Shown in pieces: positions 1-11,200 of a stretch of 64,000 nucleotides of DNA (positions are counted from its first letter, which is position 1; every line of letters starts with the position of its first letter). The stretch is from a virus (lineage: Duplodnaviria > Caudoviricetes), in the IMG/VR virus record IMGVR_UViG_3300032233_002382, positions 160,001-224,000 of that record, one strand, 5' to 3'. Made by a program: the position numbers and the translations under genes. The notes under the pieces are model-generated. The model was not told the DNA's origin. It did no database searches and was given only the letters and a program-made list of their open reading frames with translations.

Positions 1-3000
1 GAACGTCAGATAATACTATGTCACAACCATCGATTTCACATTTGTAACCGACTACTACCACTAAATCTGCACCACCCGCTCCTGGATCAGTTGATCCAGT
101 AGGCGAAGCTCCATATAAGCCCCTGGTTAAACCGTTTAATATCGTCAGGTCGCGAATGGTGTAGTCGTAAACTCCAAATGCGATGTTGCCATCAGATGAA
201 ACATCGATCGCAGTCTTTTCTGTGAACCAGCCGGGCATTTTCCCATAAACCGAATTAGCATCCACATCCACGTACTCGATCGTGTTCGACTTTAGTCTTG
301 CTCTTTTAGCGCCTTGACCAAGAACAAACGGCGAAACTGTAGCCCGTGTTGGTGATGCAGAAGGTAATCTAACCTTAAACAAATTGGTGTCGAGTTCAAA
401 ACTGCCGATTTCAGCGTAGGCTGTAGACGAAGTTCCAGATGATCGGATATCTGAAGAATGCAAATGTAGAAGGATGTTCGTTTCAGATGCAGAAGTCGCT
501 CTTATCTGACTGTTCCGAACAGTGAGACAGTTGATTCTTAAAGGTGAGTTCTTAGAAGTGGCATCTGATGGGTCGAGACTTATCAATCCCGTATTGAAAT
601 TCGCGTATGGTCCCTTCGAATCTCCTGAGAAAATATAATCTATGTTCGCAGAGTACCCGAGTTCAAATTCGCATAGATTAAATTCGACAGAACCAAATGT
701 CTCGTCTCCATTTCCCACGATAGAGATACACTTAATGTTATTTGAGTAATTGCTGTTAAAGTGACAATTTTCAAACGAGATCGGCGCAGCCCAAGAGCCT
801 GCACTGTCGCTCATCCCACCGTTATAACTTAATTGTACTATAGAGTCCCAATTTTCGACCGCATTGTAACTTATTTGGCAATTTATGAATTTCGCACCGA
901 GATTTTGCGTCGAGGTCTCATATCGGAGACCGTTTACCCTGCAATTTTCTAGCGTAACATTGCCAGATACGGACAGTCCCGCTTCAAAAGATAGTCCGCT
1001 TATGTAGACTCCATCAGGCTGCGAGCTTATGGAAACGTGGGTCGTAATTACCGAACCGTCTCCACTGAGCCGCATGAGCGGATCTGTGAAGTCAACGCCC
1101 TCGTAGGTTCCAGATTTTAGGTGGATTGAGAACGGGGTGAATAGAGTTCGTTGATTTACAAGCTGGGCTAAGGAATTAGATCCGTTATAATCGCCGAAAG
1201 TGCTAACTCCATTACCACAGAATATAACATTGCGAGCATTCAACGAACGCAGTATAGAATATCTATCCGAAGTAGGCGTCACGGCCGCATTGGCCTCTTG
1301 GTCGCCGACTCGGAGGAGTGCGTCTCCACTAGTTTCTGAATTACTAGAAAGAGGATAAAAGAGAGGAGTCGAAACTGCGTTCTTGATGTTAAAATCTGAA
1401 AAATTTAACGGTCCATCGGCAGTTGTGAGCACAGACTCACCGGCTAAAGTGAGGCTGTTGATTAGAGGTCCGTAGGCAGTCTCACTTGCCGAAAAACTAA
1501 AAGTTGGATCCCAGCTTTGAACTGACCACTGATCTGCGGGCGTAGGCTTAAAAAATAGCTTGAACGAAGTAGGAAACAATGAAGCGGAAGAAGAAGATAC
1601 GGAACTTACATCTGACTGCCAGTATGCATCGATATCAAAGAACCCTTTTAAGTTATAAGTAAAAGCAACACCATTCTGAGATCCAGAAGCATTTGATGTT
1701 GTAGAAAACCGAACTCCGACATTATCATTTACATTGATAGATTCGATTATCGGGTCAGCAAAATATTTAACTGGAGTAGCTATCTTAGGGACGGCTGAGA
1801 AGACCGAAGGAGAAGAAGTGGTGTACTTCGGAAAGCTTACCGATCCGATTGTGCTGTATCGCTGATTAAAAGGAATGTCATCATTCTGTATACGACCAAT
1901 TTCTGATTTTATGATGTATGAGCCGTATCCGAGATAACCAGGCTGATTTGTTATACCAAACCGCTTTTCGGTTGCTTGAGTGTCTGCTAAACGCTCATTA
2001 GTATCTTGATTATCAGGCACATCACCTACTTCTTCAAGTTCCCCTAGCAGTATCGAAATATAACCTTCTCCCACAAAGCTGTTAAACAACGAGTCGTTTT
2101 CGGGAATGCTAGGAAACCTTGAAGGATGTTCCTTTAAATAAGATGGGACAAAACCGTTTGAATCAAGGAGTGTGCTTAAACCGAATTTCGAAAGCACAGT
2201 GGGACTGGCAAAAAAGTTAAATGAGCACTCGGCAAACGGCACGTCGAACACTAGTTCTGATCCAGATACCGACACGATGTCGTACGATTTATAAATTCCT
2301 TCGGAGAAACCGAGTATTCTCCTAACCTCATCAGTCGCAGCGATAGATATTTGAGAGTCGACACCTTCAATTTCGCTTTCGAGGAAAATTCCTTCGTCAT
2401 CGATCAAAGTGGCTACGGCACCTCCACCATTCGCCATGATCGCATCATTCAGAGAATTCACTAATTGGAGAGGAGTCTTTACATCGGAACTAATTACCCA
2501 GTCGAAGGAAGCATTGCCGTTTAACGACAAATTAACCGACTCATATAAGTAGTATAAACCGCTAGTCCTTAAAAATATGGAAGCTTTCCTGTTACCAGTT
2601 TGTGAGTGCCATGCCGAATTTATAATATTAGCGATCTCACTTAGACTGGCAGGTGTTGAAGCAAAAACCACGTCAAACGATGTGTTATTTTGAGACGAGG
2701 TTTCGGTGACAGAAACCGTCAGAGCGTCGCCGCTCGATAAAGTAGGGAAATTGCTAAGAGTCGTAACGACAGGGCCTGCACGAAACGCCTTGGTGAAAAG
2801 GCTTAAGCGCAAGGTATCATCATTCACAAAGCTGGTGCGCCCAATTAACGGTGCACCAGTGTTTACTGCGGCCCCATATTGAGATTTTGGTCCTATTTCA
2901 AAGGCATCTAACGGGTATCGGTAGTACACCTGTTGGTTCGCTAGAAGCTCATATCCATCCGATTTGGTAAAGAAGGTATACCCTCCCTTCCCGTCCTCAG

Positions 3001-3565
3001 ATGTAGTCACGATTCCGCGTGTAATGTCCAAACCGCTTGAAACATACGGGGCGAGACCAGAAAACCCGAGAGCTGACAAGGCCGCTGCTGTTCCATTAAG
3101 GCTTATACGAGCATTAGAGCCGGTAAGGGGACTGTTTGAAGCCACGGATTTTAACGTAAGTGAACCATCTTCACTTCGGCTTGCTACTTTCTGATTTGTA
3201 TGAATCGCAAACGCATCATTTATGAGCTTGGACAGATATGAAGCCGAAATTCGACTTCCATATGAGTTAAAACCGGAGTCGATCTTAACTGCTACAGGTT
3301 GCGACTGGTTTAACCCAGGGATTGTGATATACAGATAACTATTTAACGGTATAGTGAAAGGTTCAATACTTGGAGTTGTAAGTACCGCAGGTAGAGCAGA
3401 CTCAATTCCGCCAAAGATACCGGTAACGGAACTTGCGGTAACATATGTTAAGTCCGGACCGGCGAAATCAAGCAATGACGAACCAGCAACCGGCACTGAC
3501 TTCAACGGTATTGAAGTGTACCTGGTTTGCGGATCGTTTAGTTGTGCTGCGCGCGGTCTAGTCAT
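1..3565 (-). CDS. Large tail fibre/tailspike-like protein, 3' end beyond the window (>1188 aa); paralog of 3607..8220
   Basis: Absent from the ORF track because no stop falls in the window. ATG at 3565 preceded by GAGGTG. Manual translation starts MTRPRAAQLNDPQTRYTS; spot checks near 2050, 1330 and 60 are in the same frame (ELEEVGDVP, DRYSILRSLNARNVIFCGNGVSTFGDYNG, VVVGYKCEIDGCDIVLSDV). Confidence 0.85.
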   Translation of the reverse strand, partial: MTRPRAAQLNDPQTRYTSIPLKSVPVAGSSLLDFAGPDLTYVTASSVTGIFGGIESALPAVLTTPSIEPFTIPLNSYLYITIPGLNQSQPVAVKIDSGFNSYGSRISASYLSKLINDAFAIHTNQKVASRSEDGSLTLKSVASNSPLTGSNARISLNGTAAALSALGFSGLAPYVSSGLDITRGIVTTSEDGKGGYTFFTKSDGYELLANQQVYYRYPLDAFEIGPKSQYGAAVNTGAPLIGRTSFVNDDTLRLSLFTKAFRAGPVVTTLSNFPTLSSGDALTVSVTETSSQNNTSFDVVFASTPASLSEIANIINSAWHSQTGNRKASIFLRTSGLYYLYESVNLSLNGNASFDWVISSDVKTPLQLVNSLNDAIMANGGGAVATLIDDEGIFLESEIEGVDSQISIAATDEVRRILGFSEGIYKSYDIVSVSGSELVFDVPFAECSFNFFASPTVLSKFGLSTLLDSNGFVPSYLKEHPSRFPSIPENDSLFNSFVGEGYISILLGELEEVGDVPDNQDTNERLADTQATEKRFGITNQPGYLGYGSYIIKSEIGRIQNDDIPFNQRYSTIGSVSFPKYTTSSPSVFSAVPKIATPVKYFADPIIESINVNDNVGVRFSTTSNASGSQNGVAFTYNLKGFFDIDAYWQSDVSSVSSSSASLFPTSFKLFFKPTPADQWSVQSWDPTFSFSASETAYGPLINSLTLAGESVLTTADGPLNFSDFNIKNAVSTPLFYPLSSNSETSGDALLRVGDQEANAAVTPTSDRYSILRSLNARNVIFCGNGVSTFGDYNGSNSLAQLVNQRTLFTPFSIHLKSGTYEGVDFTDPLMRLSGDGSVITTHVSISSQPDGVYISGLSFEAGLSVSGNVTLENCRVNGLRYETSTQNLGAKFINCQISYNAVENWDSIVQLSYNGGMSDSAGSWAAPISFENCHFNSNYSNNIKCISIVGNGDETFGSVEFNLCEFELGYSANIDYIFSGDSKGPYANFNTGLISLDPSDATSKNSPLRINCLTVRNSQIRATSASETNILLHLHSSDIRSSGTSSTAYAEIGSFELDTNLFKVRLPSASPTRATVSPFVLGQGAKRARLKSNTIEYVDVDANSVYGKMPGWFTEKTAIDVSSDGNIAFGVYDYTIRDLTILNGLTRGLYGASPTGSTDPGAGGADLVVVVGYKCEIDGCDIVLSDV

Positions 3566-3606
3566 GGTGACACCTCACTGATGTCACATTACTAGAAGGC
3601 CAGTAT

Positions 3607-6600
3607 CTATGCCGGAGCGCTATAGTTCAGAAGTCTCGAGAAGTTATGTACTGTGTCGGCCCCGTCAGCCAACAAGTTGCTGACAGTTTCGCTGCCTACT
3701 ACGGCATATCCGGTTTCTACACCAACAAGCCCATAACTTGGCAAAATCGGACTAATTACGGGAACGAACGCGTTAGCACTAGCGTCGTATCCAGTTATTG
3801 CAATCCTACCTGTCCAATACTCAGGCCCTGCAAAATAGTTACTCATTACAGAGTTTCCTGAACATATAGCAGTTTCGTTTCCAGAATCTGACGACCCAGG
3901 CCACGGGACCAACCAAATCCCTGGTATCAATCGGGACCCAGCGGCTGTGTCAGTTGTTTTAATCACATTATCTTTAATGATTTTACGAGCATTTTTACGT
4001 GAAAGGGGGTCTACGGAAATACGAGTGGTAATCAGTATACCAGCAGACTCATTGTAATAAGAGCTACCTGATATTGGAGCAGACCCGCTATAGGATAATC
4101 CAGTCGTCTCAATGCTATTGGCGAGTATTTTTAAGCCGCCAAAGCCAACTTGAGTATTCTGCATTATTACCTGAATGCCCTGGGATTTCGTGTTCCCGCT
4201 TCCCGTAGGGAGAGATCTAATTTTGTTGTTAGTTATGCTGATATTCTCGCCAGGAGTCGTCGAAACGTTCGTTACGACGACACCACGATCAAATCCATCG
4301 AAGTTAGACTCAGCAATACTGACATTAGATCCAAGCTGAGCATAGCTGTTAGCAGTATATACATGAATGCCATAGGTAGTACCAGTCACTGAGGCATTTA
4401 AAAATGATTTACACGTCACGTTTCGGTATGTGACATTATTTGCAACATTATATATGATTGCAGAATCTGCCCAGCGCAGAGTAGGAGTCGAGTTCGGACC
4501 GATCAAATTAAGATTTTCTATAACAGCAGTCCCGTTCTCATCATATATGGGGCTACTAACAGTGTAGATTTTTTGAACGGCAACCCGGCACCTGGGACTT
4601 ATTGTGCCATCGCCATTCGATATGGTGCCGTCAGGTTTGGTCCAAGATAAGTTTACGTTATTTACTTTGAGTTTTGTGCCAAATGCCAAGGATAAATCAG
4701 CCCCGTATAATACAGACCTCGTGCTACCAGCAACACAACCTGTTACATCGAAATTTTCGATTATGGTTTGCTTGCTAATGAAGGAAATGTGCCCGAAAGA
4801 CGAAGCAGCTAAATTGGCTCCTGCGAAGGCCATCCAAGTTGGGCGGGCACCATATCCACAATCATTGTTCCCGTTGGTATATGCGATTTTGTTATTCACA
4901 AAAACACATTTTTGGACACTGTGACCAATAACGAATCCAAGAGAATAATTCGATATGGAAGTACTTGATAAGCGCAATCGCATATCCATGTTGTTCATAT
5001 ACAGTTCGTCAACAATCGCATAGTTGGAAGAAGCAGTCACGGTATTGGTCGTTAACCCAGAAGAAAGCTGCATTAGGCAGTTTAATCCCGTGTTTGTAGC
5101 ATCAACCGTGCAACTATCGTATGATAGTCTGCTTATCCTTAAGCCTGAAGCATTACGTATGTTAGTTGCTGGGTTCAGCTCTATGAGACCCACATTAACG
5201 TTCATGCGGTTATCGCCCTGAGCAGTGTAAGACGATAATTTAAACTCGCAGTTATTGAAAGCTATATCCTTAAAGGTCATCGACGCGTAGGCGCCAGCAA
5301 GACCAGATACGATACAAACGCGCTTATCATTTCCGGAATCACGTGGATCGAAATAACATTGATCAAAAATGATTGAATTCGCCAAAACATTCGACGTGGA
5401 CGCTTTAGTGATTTCTACGCATGAGTCATATGATCCGCCCGCTTTAAAAAAGCAATTTTTAGCATATAAAGCGCGTATACCAAGCTGGGAGTAATTTGGG
5501 GTCGTAGACGCAGACGCGGCTAGGTAAATCCCTGAATTAAATGAGCAATCTTCTAAATGAATATACCCATTTTGCGCATTAAGATTATAGTTCGAATTTG
5601 TGGCGAAATTAAGACCATAAATTTTAAGAACGCCTTTCCCGTCCGCCGTATTGGTAAATGTTAGTTGTGCCGCCGATGATCCGGACGCAGATACTGTAGC
5701 TCCATAACCCTCAATTGTGATGTTCGCATTCTGGAAAGCGATCGTATTCAAAGTCGTATAAACGCCTGGCTTAACTATTATATGAGCATCAGAAATCGAA
5801 TTTGAAGTGATGAAATCGGCTATTTCTGATATAGCTACGGGTCCGTTAAAATCTCCGAACGTGGAAATCCCATCACCGCAGGTTATCGTATTCCTTGAGT
5901 TAAGGGATCTGACGATCGAATACCTATCTCCGCTATAGGTCTGTACGTTGGTTACAGCCGGTAGGTTACCGACTCTTAAAACAGAATCGCCATTAGTACC
6001 ATCGATCGATGTCAGCTGAATATTCTTAAGCGCTACGTTTGATTCAGCTTGAGTATTCGCATCGGAGAACTTTAGGCTACTGTCTTTTTGAACAAATACT
6101 CCGCCATCGCTTAACGAGATTGCATGTATAATGCTGATGCCATAAGTGGTGTCTTCGACCTTCTCGAGAGAAATCGAAGGAGTCCAAGAATCGGCATCCC
6201 ATTCAGCAGATGAAGCGTCCTTAAAGTGTACTCCTATCGAGTCATTCGCGATAGATAAGGCGGATGCTGGACTACTGCCGCGATCAAGCGAGTATTTTAA
6301 AATGTTAGAGTCTACACTGGGCTTGGAATTAGTAGAAAGGATTAAACTATTGCGAGGAGAGACATTGTATGTGGATATTCTAGTAAACGATTGATCAGCA
6401 TCTTCTGGGGCTATCTCGGCAAACAATTTATAATTTACGGTAGTTAGACCCTGCTTTGCTATTGCTGAATATACTACTGGGGATGGAAGGTATGTAGCGT
6501 CTGGAAATTCCTGCGCGAACGTCGCTTGACCAACCCGACCGGTCGAGATCGAATATGGAAACAATGATTCGTTCAGATAACCACTGTCAGTGTTGAAGAC

Positions 6601-8220
6601 AGGAGTACCTGAAGTCTCATACAAGCTCGGAATCGTTATCTGCTTGCGTTTATATGGGCTTTGAAAGTCAGTTTCGCGCTCATCTGTGAATTGATCGGCG
6701 GGAACGTCGCCTGCTTCCATCAGTTCCGGAATCTGTATCGTTATATAATTAAGTTCCGACGAGTTCGAGGTGGATCCGGTTAGATTAGGAAATATAGCTC
6801 TCGCTTCTTTGGTGTCTACTGGAAGTGCGACCGATGTTACGTCGGCGTTGGTAATCCCTAAGTTCTTAAGGGTGCTAGGTAATGACGCATTATCAAACGA
6901 CAAGTTGCAATCGAAAGGTAAGCTAAAATATAACTCTGAACCGATTGCGGAGCAGATAATGTATGCTCTATACTGACCGTTTTGAATTCCAAGGGCTCTA
7001 GCAAATTCGCTATCAGATATTTCTGAGATTTCCACCAGCGAACTTGTGCCCGAGCTGCTCTTGATGACGACTCTTCCATTCAGTACGCTAGCTAAACCTT
7101 CAGACGACGCTCCGGCCACGCTGATATCTGCATTGATCTTATCAGCCACCTGCTGAGCATTTCTTAGGGTGGAGTCCAGGCTTACATTTATGTACGTGCC
7201 ACTAAACCGTAGTCTGAACGAACCGCTTAGGAAGAAGGGTTCGGAAACGGTTGATGTCCAATAAGGTGTCGTACAATCGGTGGCAAGACTAAACGAATCG
7301 TTAACGTAAGTAGCCACATCTTCTGAGGTCGGATTATTCGATGTTATGCTAGTAAGAAACGTAACACTTCTGCCAGACACTCTGTTTGTTATAGTGGTTT
7401 CGAAGCTATCGCCGGTCGTAAGTGCTGCACAATTTGCGTTCGTAGTCTTAAAAGGAGCGGCGGAATAAGCCTCAACCCGACAAATCGCGAGCACGTTAGA
7501 TGGGTCGGTTGCGACTAAACGACCATATAAACGTTTGTCTGGCCTTGACGCGGACGTGAAGTTCGGAAGGAACTCATCTTTCGCGGAGAAGTCTGGAAAT
7601 ACTCGATTCGAAACGGCCATGAGATCATAGCCGTCTGCGCGACTAAAGAATACTTTTCCACCAAATAAATCGAAAGCGTTTGTAACAACACCTCTACCGA
7701 GAGGAACCCCGGTAGCACTATTCGTCACGTCAAACCCGAAAAGCGCTAAGAGCGCAATTCGATTTGAAGTAATGGTCACAGATGCGCCAGTCCCGACTAT
7801 GTAACCGCTCGCATTAGCCGATCGAAGTATTAAATATTGATCGAATGTTCGGTCAGCGACGGCGACTGAAACGGACGGAGTTAATGCTAAGAACGCATTG
7901 TTAATGCTATCTATTATTTGCTGAAGTCGAACTGTGGTTCCCTGGACTAAATTTATTGAAGCAGAAGTACCGTCGTTCATCGAGACTGTCAGAGTACCTG
8001 TTACGGGTATCAGAAAACCCGCAGTCGGTTCACCGATAGTAGCTATAAGCGCAGCTGGTAGCGCGGTTTCGGCACCGCCAGTAACCTTTGTTACCGTGAA
8101 ATCAGTAACTGGGTTCGGTAAGAATATCTGCGTAGTTCCAGGATTTGGTGAAACTGGAAGAGTATAACTTGTATATCTGGTAGCCGGGTAGTTAAGCTGT
8201 GCTGAACGCGGACGAGTCAT
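3607..8220 (-). CDS. Large tail fibre/tailspike-like protein with C-terminal parallel beta-helix (pectin-lyase-like) region
   Basis: 1541-aa ORF in the track; more likely start is ATG 8220 (MTRPRS) with GGAGG upstream. C-terminal ~700 aa shows beta-helix-type periodicity (NITIEG, EDCSF, KNCFF, DQCYF, NNCEF, ITNNKI). Confidence 0.7.
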   Translation of the reverse strand: MTRPRSAQLNYPATRYTSYTLPVSPNPGTTQIFLPNPVTDFTVTKVTGGAETALPAALIATIGEPTAGFLIPVTGTLTVSMNDGTSASINLVQGTTVRLQQIIDSINNAFLALTPSVSVAVADRTFDQYLILRSANASGYIVGTGASVTITSNRIALLALFGFDVTNSATGVPLGRGVVTNAFDLFGGKVFFSRADGYDLMAVSNRVFPDFSAKDEFLPNFTSASRPDKRLYGRLVATDPSNVLAICRVEAYSAAPFKTTNANCAALTTGDSFETTITNRVSGRSVTFLTSITSNNPTSEDVATYVNDSFSLATDCTTPYWTSTVSEPFFLSGSFRLRFSGTYINVSLDSTLRNAQQVADKINADISVAGASSEGLASVLNGRVVIKSSSGTSSLVEISEISDSEFARALGIQNGQYRAYIICSAIGSELYFSLPFDCNLSFDNASLPSTLKNLGITNADVTSVALPVDTKEARAIFPNLTGSTSNSSELNYITIQIPELMEAGDVPADQFTDERETDFQSPYKRKQITIPSLYETSGTPVFNTDSGYLNESLFPYSISTGRVGQATFAQEFPDATYLPSPVVYSAIAKQGLTTVNYKLFAEIAPEDADQSFTRISTYNVSPRNSLILSTNSKPSVDSNILKYSLDRGSSPASALSIANDSIGVHFKDASSAEWDADSWTPSISLEKVEDTTYGISIIHAISLSDGGVFVQKDSSLKFSDANTQAESNVALKNIQLTSIDGTNGDSVLRVGNLPAVTNVQTYSGDRYSIVRSLNSRNTITCGDGISTFGDFNGPVAISEIADFITSNSISDAHIIVKPGVYTTLNTIAFQNANITIEGYGATVSASGSSAAQLTFTNTADGKGVLKIYGLNFATNSNYNLNAQNGYIHLEDCSFNSGIYLAASASTTPNYSQLGIRALYAKNCFFKAGGSYDSCVEITKASTSNVLANSIIFDQCYFDPRDSGNDKRVCIVSGLAGAYASMTFKDIAFNNCEFKLSSYTAQGDNRMNVNVGLIELNPATNIRNASGLRISRLSYDSCTVDATNTGLNCLMQLSSGLTTNTVTASSNYAIVDELYMNNMDMRLRLSSTSISNYSLGFVIGHSVQKCVFVNNKIAYTNGNNDCGYGARPTWMAFAGANLAASSFGHISFISKQTIIENFDVTGCVAGSTRSVLYGADLSLAFGTKLKVNNVNLSWTKPDGTISNGDGTISPRCRVAVQKIYTVSSPIYDENGTAVIENLNLIGPNSTPTLRWADSAIIYNVANNVTYRNVTCKSFLNASVTGTTYGIHVYTANSYAQLGSNVSIAESNFDGFDRGVVVTNVSTTPGENISITNNKIRSLPTGSGNTKSQGIQVIMQNTQVGFGGLKILANSIETTGLSYSGSAPISGSSYYNESAGILITTRISVDPLSRKNARKIIKDNVIKTTDTAAGSRLIPGIWLVPWPGSSDSGNETAICSGNSVMSNYFAGPEYWTGRIAITGYDASANAFVPVISPILPSYGLVGVETGYAVVGSETVSNLLADGADTVHNFSRLLNYSAPA

Positions 8221-8244
8221 AGCAACCTCCACAAAATCCCGCTA

Positions 8245-11200
8245 CTAGAATATCACATACCAGAACTCAACCACGTCGGTCGTGACCAACGGTGGATGCA
8301 CCGGAGGATTCGGGAAGTAGGTTACGGTTTGGTTCGTAGCTCCACCGACCACAAAATCTGCGGTTGCTCCATACTGGAGCTTGACGCCGTTCACGAACAT
8401 CTGAACGGTCGTCGGATCAAGCGGTCTAGTGCTTAAACTAAAGACCGTTTGATCGTTGGCCGTTACAGCGACCGTTTCCTGCTTTAAAGATATCAAGGGC
8501 AAGTCGCTTGAACCGTAGAACGCGGGGTTATCGTAAATCTTATTGACGAACAGCGGCTGATTTGCCGGAAGGACGTTTGTATCGACCGTTCCACGACGCT
8601 TCTCAAGCGGCTTACCTAACAGGCGATACCGATCGACCGCAGTATAACCCTCGTTTGTTCCAGCAGCACTATGATTTATTTCACTATCCCTAAAGTATGA
8701 AGGCGCGGCTTGCGTGACTATGACCATCTGAAGTTCGTTTCCTACGTGAACTTCGCGGCCCGCATACGTTTCTGGCTGAGATCTTACCAAATATGCAGTT
8801 GCCGTTAGCACAGACCCTGCGGTGTTGTTTGGTCTAGCCTTAGGGAACCGTGAAGACAAGTTCCCGCCAGGCCATGGGCCGGTGGCCGAATAAGCCGCCC
8901 CACCGCGAGTCGTCTTAAATATAGTGGTGCTTGTGTAAGCACCCGAGCCGTTTCGTGTATCAATACCGTCGACTTTCACTAATGCTTCAGATCCGACGCC
9001 GGATGTATTGCTACTGTTGCCGCAAACGAATTCTCTACCTTCCCAAGTCGAAAGGCCGACGGAGGATGGCGTCGTGGGTGCTTCATACGGGGTAACGCTG
9101 AAGGTGCCGACAGGGATTGAAGCATTACCAGAAGCACTACGCGTCTGGTATAGAGTCTTACCGATAAAATCCTTGTCTCTGAAGTAGACACCTAAAGGAA
9201 GCTGTGTAATGCTTCCTGCTAACTCCGGATGAATGTCTGAATCAAAGACTTCGGACAGAGCGTACGTCTTGATTTCAGGACGTTCGATTATCGTGGCCGG
9301 ATCAACAGGGAATTTTATGTCTTCCCAGTCTTCATAACCCACGCGATTAAGGCTAAACCGTCGATATAAGTCTACACGCGTCCCGGCATAGTCAGGTGGG
9401 TTAGCTGGTGCCTCGAACGTGTTAAGTAACGGGATCGGATTTGAACCAGATAAACGCCCGGTTCCGAGATCTGTGGTGAAAGATATGGCAGTTAGGATCT
9501 CATATCCATTCTTAGCAGGTAGCTGCAAAGTATCAACAGGACCTAACGGGTTGTTAAATATCGAGTAAGACTGAGATGGAGTTAACGGTCCAAGTCGGTA
9601 TATGTCGTCGGTCTGGCCATATTGTGTGCCGAATGGATTTCCTTGATAAGGAGCTCTTGAATAGAAAACGGTAACCTGATTATTTGTACCGAGAACCGCC
9701 AAAGGTGCAGGCGAAATGATACCTATCTTAGAATCAGCGTTTGAAGTCTGTTGATTCGCGACCCGCGTTGTTGAATTCACGACAGAAGGATTCACTACGA
9801 CAAATCGTCCGTTAGTCTGTAGGAACCCACGATCGAAGCCGAATAGAACACACTCAATCAACCACTCCCGATCTTCAAATGTAGCACCTGGAGTAGCTTT
9901 CGTCAGGTCTATGACTTCTGAGTTTAACACGAAAGTCAAATCGCCGTTTTTATCGACCTCTAACAGGAACGTAGGACCATCGAAACTATCTCGTAAACAG
10001 TTAGGCGAAGTGCCTCCAACAAATTCCCGATCACTGTTGAAAGGAGAATTCGTAGGTTCATATGCACCAGAAATTCGTTCGTAAACACCTGTAATACGAG
10101 CTGGGCCGTAGAACTTCGGGAATCTAATACCTGTGAAAACAGTGCCTGTAGCAGAACTTACCGCATTAATACTGGCCTTCTGTCCGAACACAGTATAAGC
10201 GGAGGTACCGGGCTTCGTACCGTAGATTTCACCGGCTTGTGGCGTTGCAATATAATAGCCAGGTCTATCAGGATAAGCAACTATGTTCGGGTTATAAAGT
10301 GCGTTATCTCCAACTACACCCTGGAACGCACTAAGCATGAAGTTAATGCCGCTGCTATAATAAGCAGTAGGCGTAGCGGACATAGGGTAAATCGGGACGT
10401 GGTGGAATCCAGGTTTCGGTAGGAATTCAAGAGGAATTTCTACGTACACGCTCCCAACGTTGCCCTTCTTGAATAAATTAAGAGCGTCCCGATTGGCCGC
10501 ACTCATACCAGAAATCGGATTACCGTTCTGGTCATTGATGGGCATTAGTCCCTGGTACAAAGGAACCGTCGCACTTGGAGTCGTATAGTACCAGTTCGAA
10601 GTATCACCGCTGCGTGCGGTTAACGTAGGGATCGTCTGGTATGTGTAAGGAGCTATGTAGAGAGACTTCGAACCTGGATCTAGCATCACGTCTGAGGTTC
10701 GAGCATAAGTCCGATTATTACCGGTCTGAATGTAAGGGGAGTCCGACAAATAAGTCGGTACCATCGGATTGGTGTTTGAAAGACCCTGACGCAACAACGC
10801 TTTTGAAGTCTGGACCGGATTCCCATCGTATACAACGGAGTGTATCCACTCTGGCTTATGTGAAAGACCTCGACCGGCTCCATAGATAACGGTGAATTCG
10901 ATCCAAGCAGCCACATTAGTGGCATAAGCATCGTTGTTGCCCTGAAGAGCATCTGCCCACTCGTTTAATGGGCTGTCAACTGCACCCGAAAGAAACTTGA
11001 TTTTTAGATCAGAGCCATCGAGAGTTACGACTAATCCATCATTAGGCTTCAAGATCCTCTTTCCAGAGATTGTGATTTGAGGATTCGAAGCAGTCGGTGA
11101 AGTGGTATTCGGGTTTACAGGGATGCCACCATTCGGATCCGAAGTGCCGCCCTCGAATCGAACCAAGATCGACTCCGATAGCTCGTCCGGAAGCACGAAT

